From assembly GCA_963739455.1 (NCBI GenBank), contig CAVUAK010000003.1, positions 40,930-104,929 of the forward strand: a stretch of 64,000 nt of DNA, in the 5' to 3' direction. Every line of letters starts with the position of its first letter. Position 1 is the first letter of the stretch. A program made the translations under genes and the position numbers. Of this stretch, positions 63,453 to 64,000 are shown piece after piece. The notes under the pieces are model-generated. The model saw nothing but the letters and a program-made list of their open reading frames with translations, was not told the DNA's origin and searched no databases. Origin of the DNA: an uncultured Gemmatimonadales bacterium. Its GTDB lineage: Bacteria > Gemmatimonadota > Gemmatimonadetes > Gemmatimonadales > GWC2-71-9.

Positions 63453-64000
63453 TCAGGGAGGCCCGGCCTCCCGGGCCGCCCGGTCGTCCTCCCGGCGGCG
63501 GCATCAGTTCCTTCTGTTCTTCCTCCAGCGCCTTCCGCCGTTCCTTCTCGTCCTTCTCGTACTTCTTCCACTGGTCCTTCGGCAGGAACTTCTTCACCTG
63601 CTCGTCGAAGGCCTTGAGCTGCGTGTCCAGCGTCTTGCCCGTCTCGTTGAGCGTCGCGAACAGCGGCGGCAGCGCCTCGCGCCGGCCATGATCGATCGCG
63701 GCGCGGATGTTCAGTTGCGCCAGCTGCGCGCTGTCGCGAGTCGCCTTCGTTTCCTTCCGGTAGCCATCGTAGTGCATGCTATACTGCGCCTGCTGCTCCG
63801 TCGTGGCACCGGTCACCTTGGCGAAGTCCGCCGGGGTGGGCGGACCCTCGAGGGCCAGCAGGTCGAACTGGGGACCCCTGCGGCCTCCCGGCGGTCCGCC
63901 TCCGGGAGGTCCGCCCGAGGGTGAGCCGCCGGGACCATTCCCGGGGCCCTGGGCTGTGGCGGGCGTTGTGGCGAGGATGATGAGGAGGGAAGCGATGGCC
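63453..64000 (-). CDS. partial CDS (N-terminus beyond window end): secreted, Pro/Gly-rich-ended helical protein; 3' end uncertain
   Basis: The reverse frame reads ...AIASLLIILATTPATAQGPGNGPGGSP...TEQQAQYSMHYDGYRKE...KKFLPKDQWKKYEKDEKERRKALEEEQKEL MPPPGGRPGGPGG. As sequenced, the frame has no stop until 62986, running antisense through PP2C. A stop at 63455-63453 appears if one extra base in 63456-63503 is removed. Confidence 0.45.
63455..63473. terminator. GC hairpin between convergent genes
   Basis: GGGAGG-cccgg-CCTCCC (extendable), 8 nt after the PP2C stop. Confidence 0.45.

Overview
High-GC (roughly two-thirds G+C by eye) bacterial chromosomal segment of Gram-negative type (RND/NodT efflux, lipoboxes); the taxon cannot be set from sequence alone. 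I support about 70 protein genes and 2 tRNAs (Lys-UUU, Asn-GUU). No rRNA, CRISPR, transposase or integrase was seen. Most content is ordinary: ECF sigma/anti-sigma, a TetR-RND-NodT efflux operon, hydrolases/SDR, peroxiredoxin plus DsbA-like, rnhB, bioB-bioA-bioD, ilvE, two lytic transglycosylases, moaC-holB, GNATs, tag and alkA-like glycosylases, a Ser/Thr kinase, a Kef-type antiporter plus PLP decarboxylase, uvrA, an ABC exporter, and FHA-PP2C. Three things stand out. (1) An ~8-kb island (25.6-33.5 kb) sits beside tRNA-Lys. It encodes a hypothetical protein, a tandem-cNMP-binding/C39-peptidase ABC exporter, a HlyD-type adaptor and a sensor-less sigma-54 activator. These are followed by four tandem mini-genes for double-glycine-leader peptides whose predicted cores are only 5-17 aa and Lys/Arg-rich. 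Two of the mini-genes have textbook -24/-12 promoters and a duplicated upstream hairpin module. I know of no characterised system with this combination. (2) The exporter, adaptor and activator carry about 55 frame-switch sites in 4.8 kb, and about 18 more genes elsewhere each carry isolated +1 insertions. Nearly all events are single extra nucleotides, with protein sequence intact on both sides. This points to consensus/assembly error or very recent decay. (3) Intergenic space is filled with several families of short tandem repeats (7-, 8-, 9- and 21-nt units). The same units recur at distant loci, and many are G-quadruplex-capable. All frameshift positions and domain calls were made by eye from the six-frame track and need computational confirmation.
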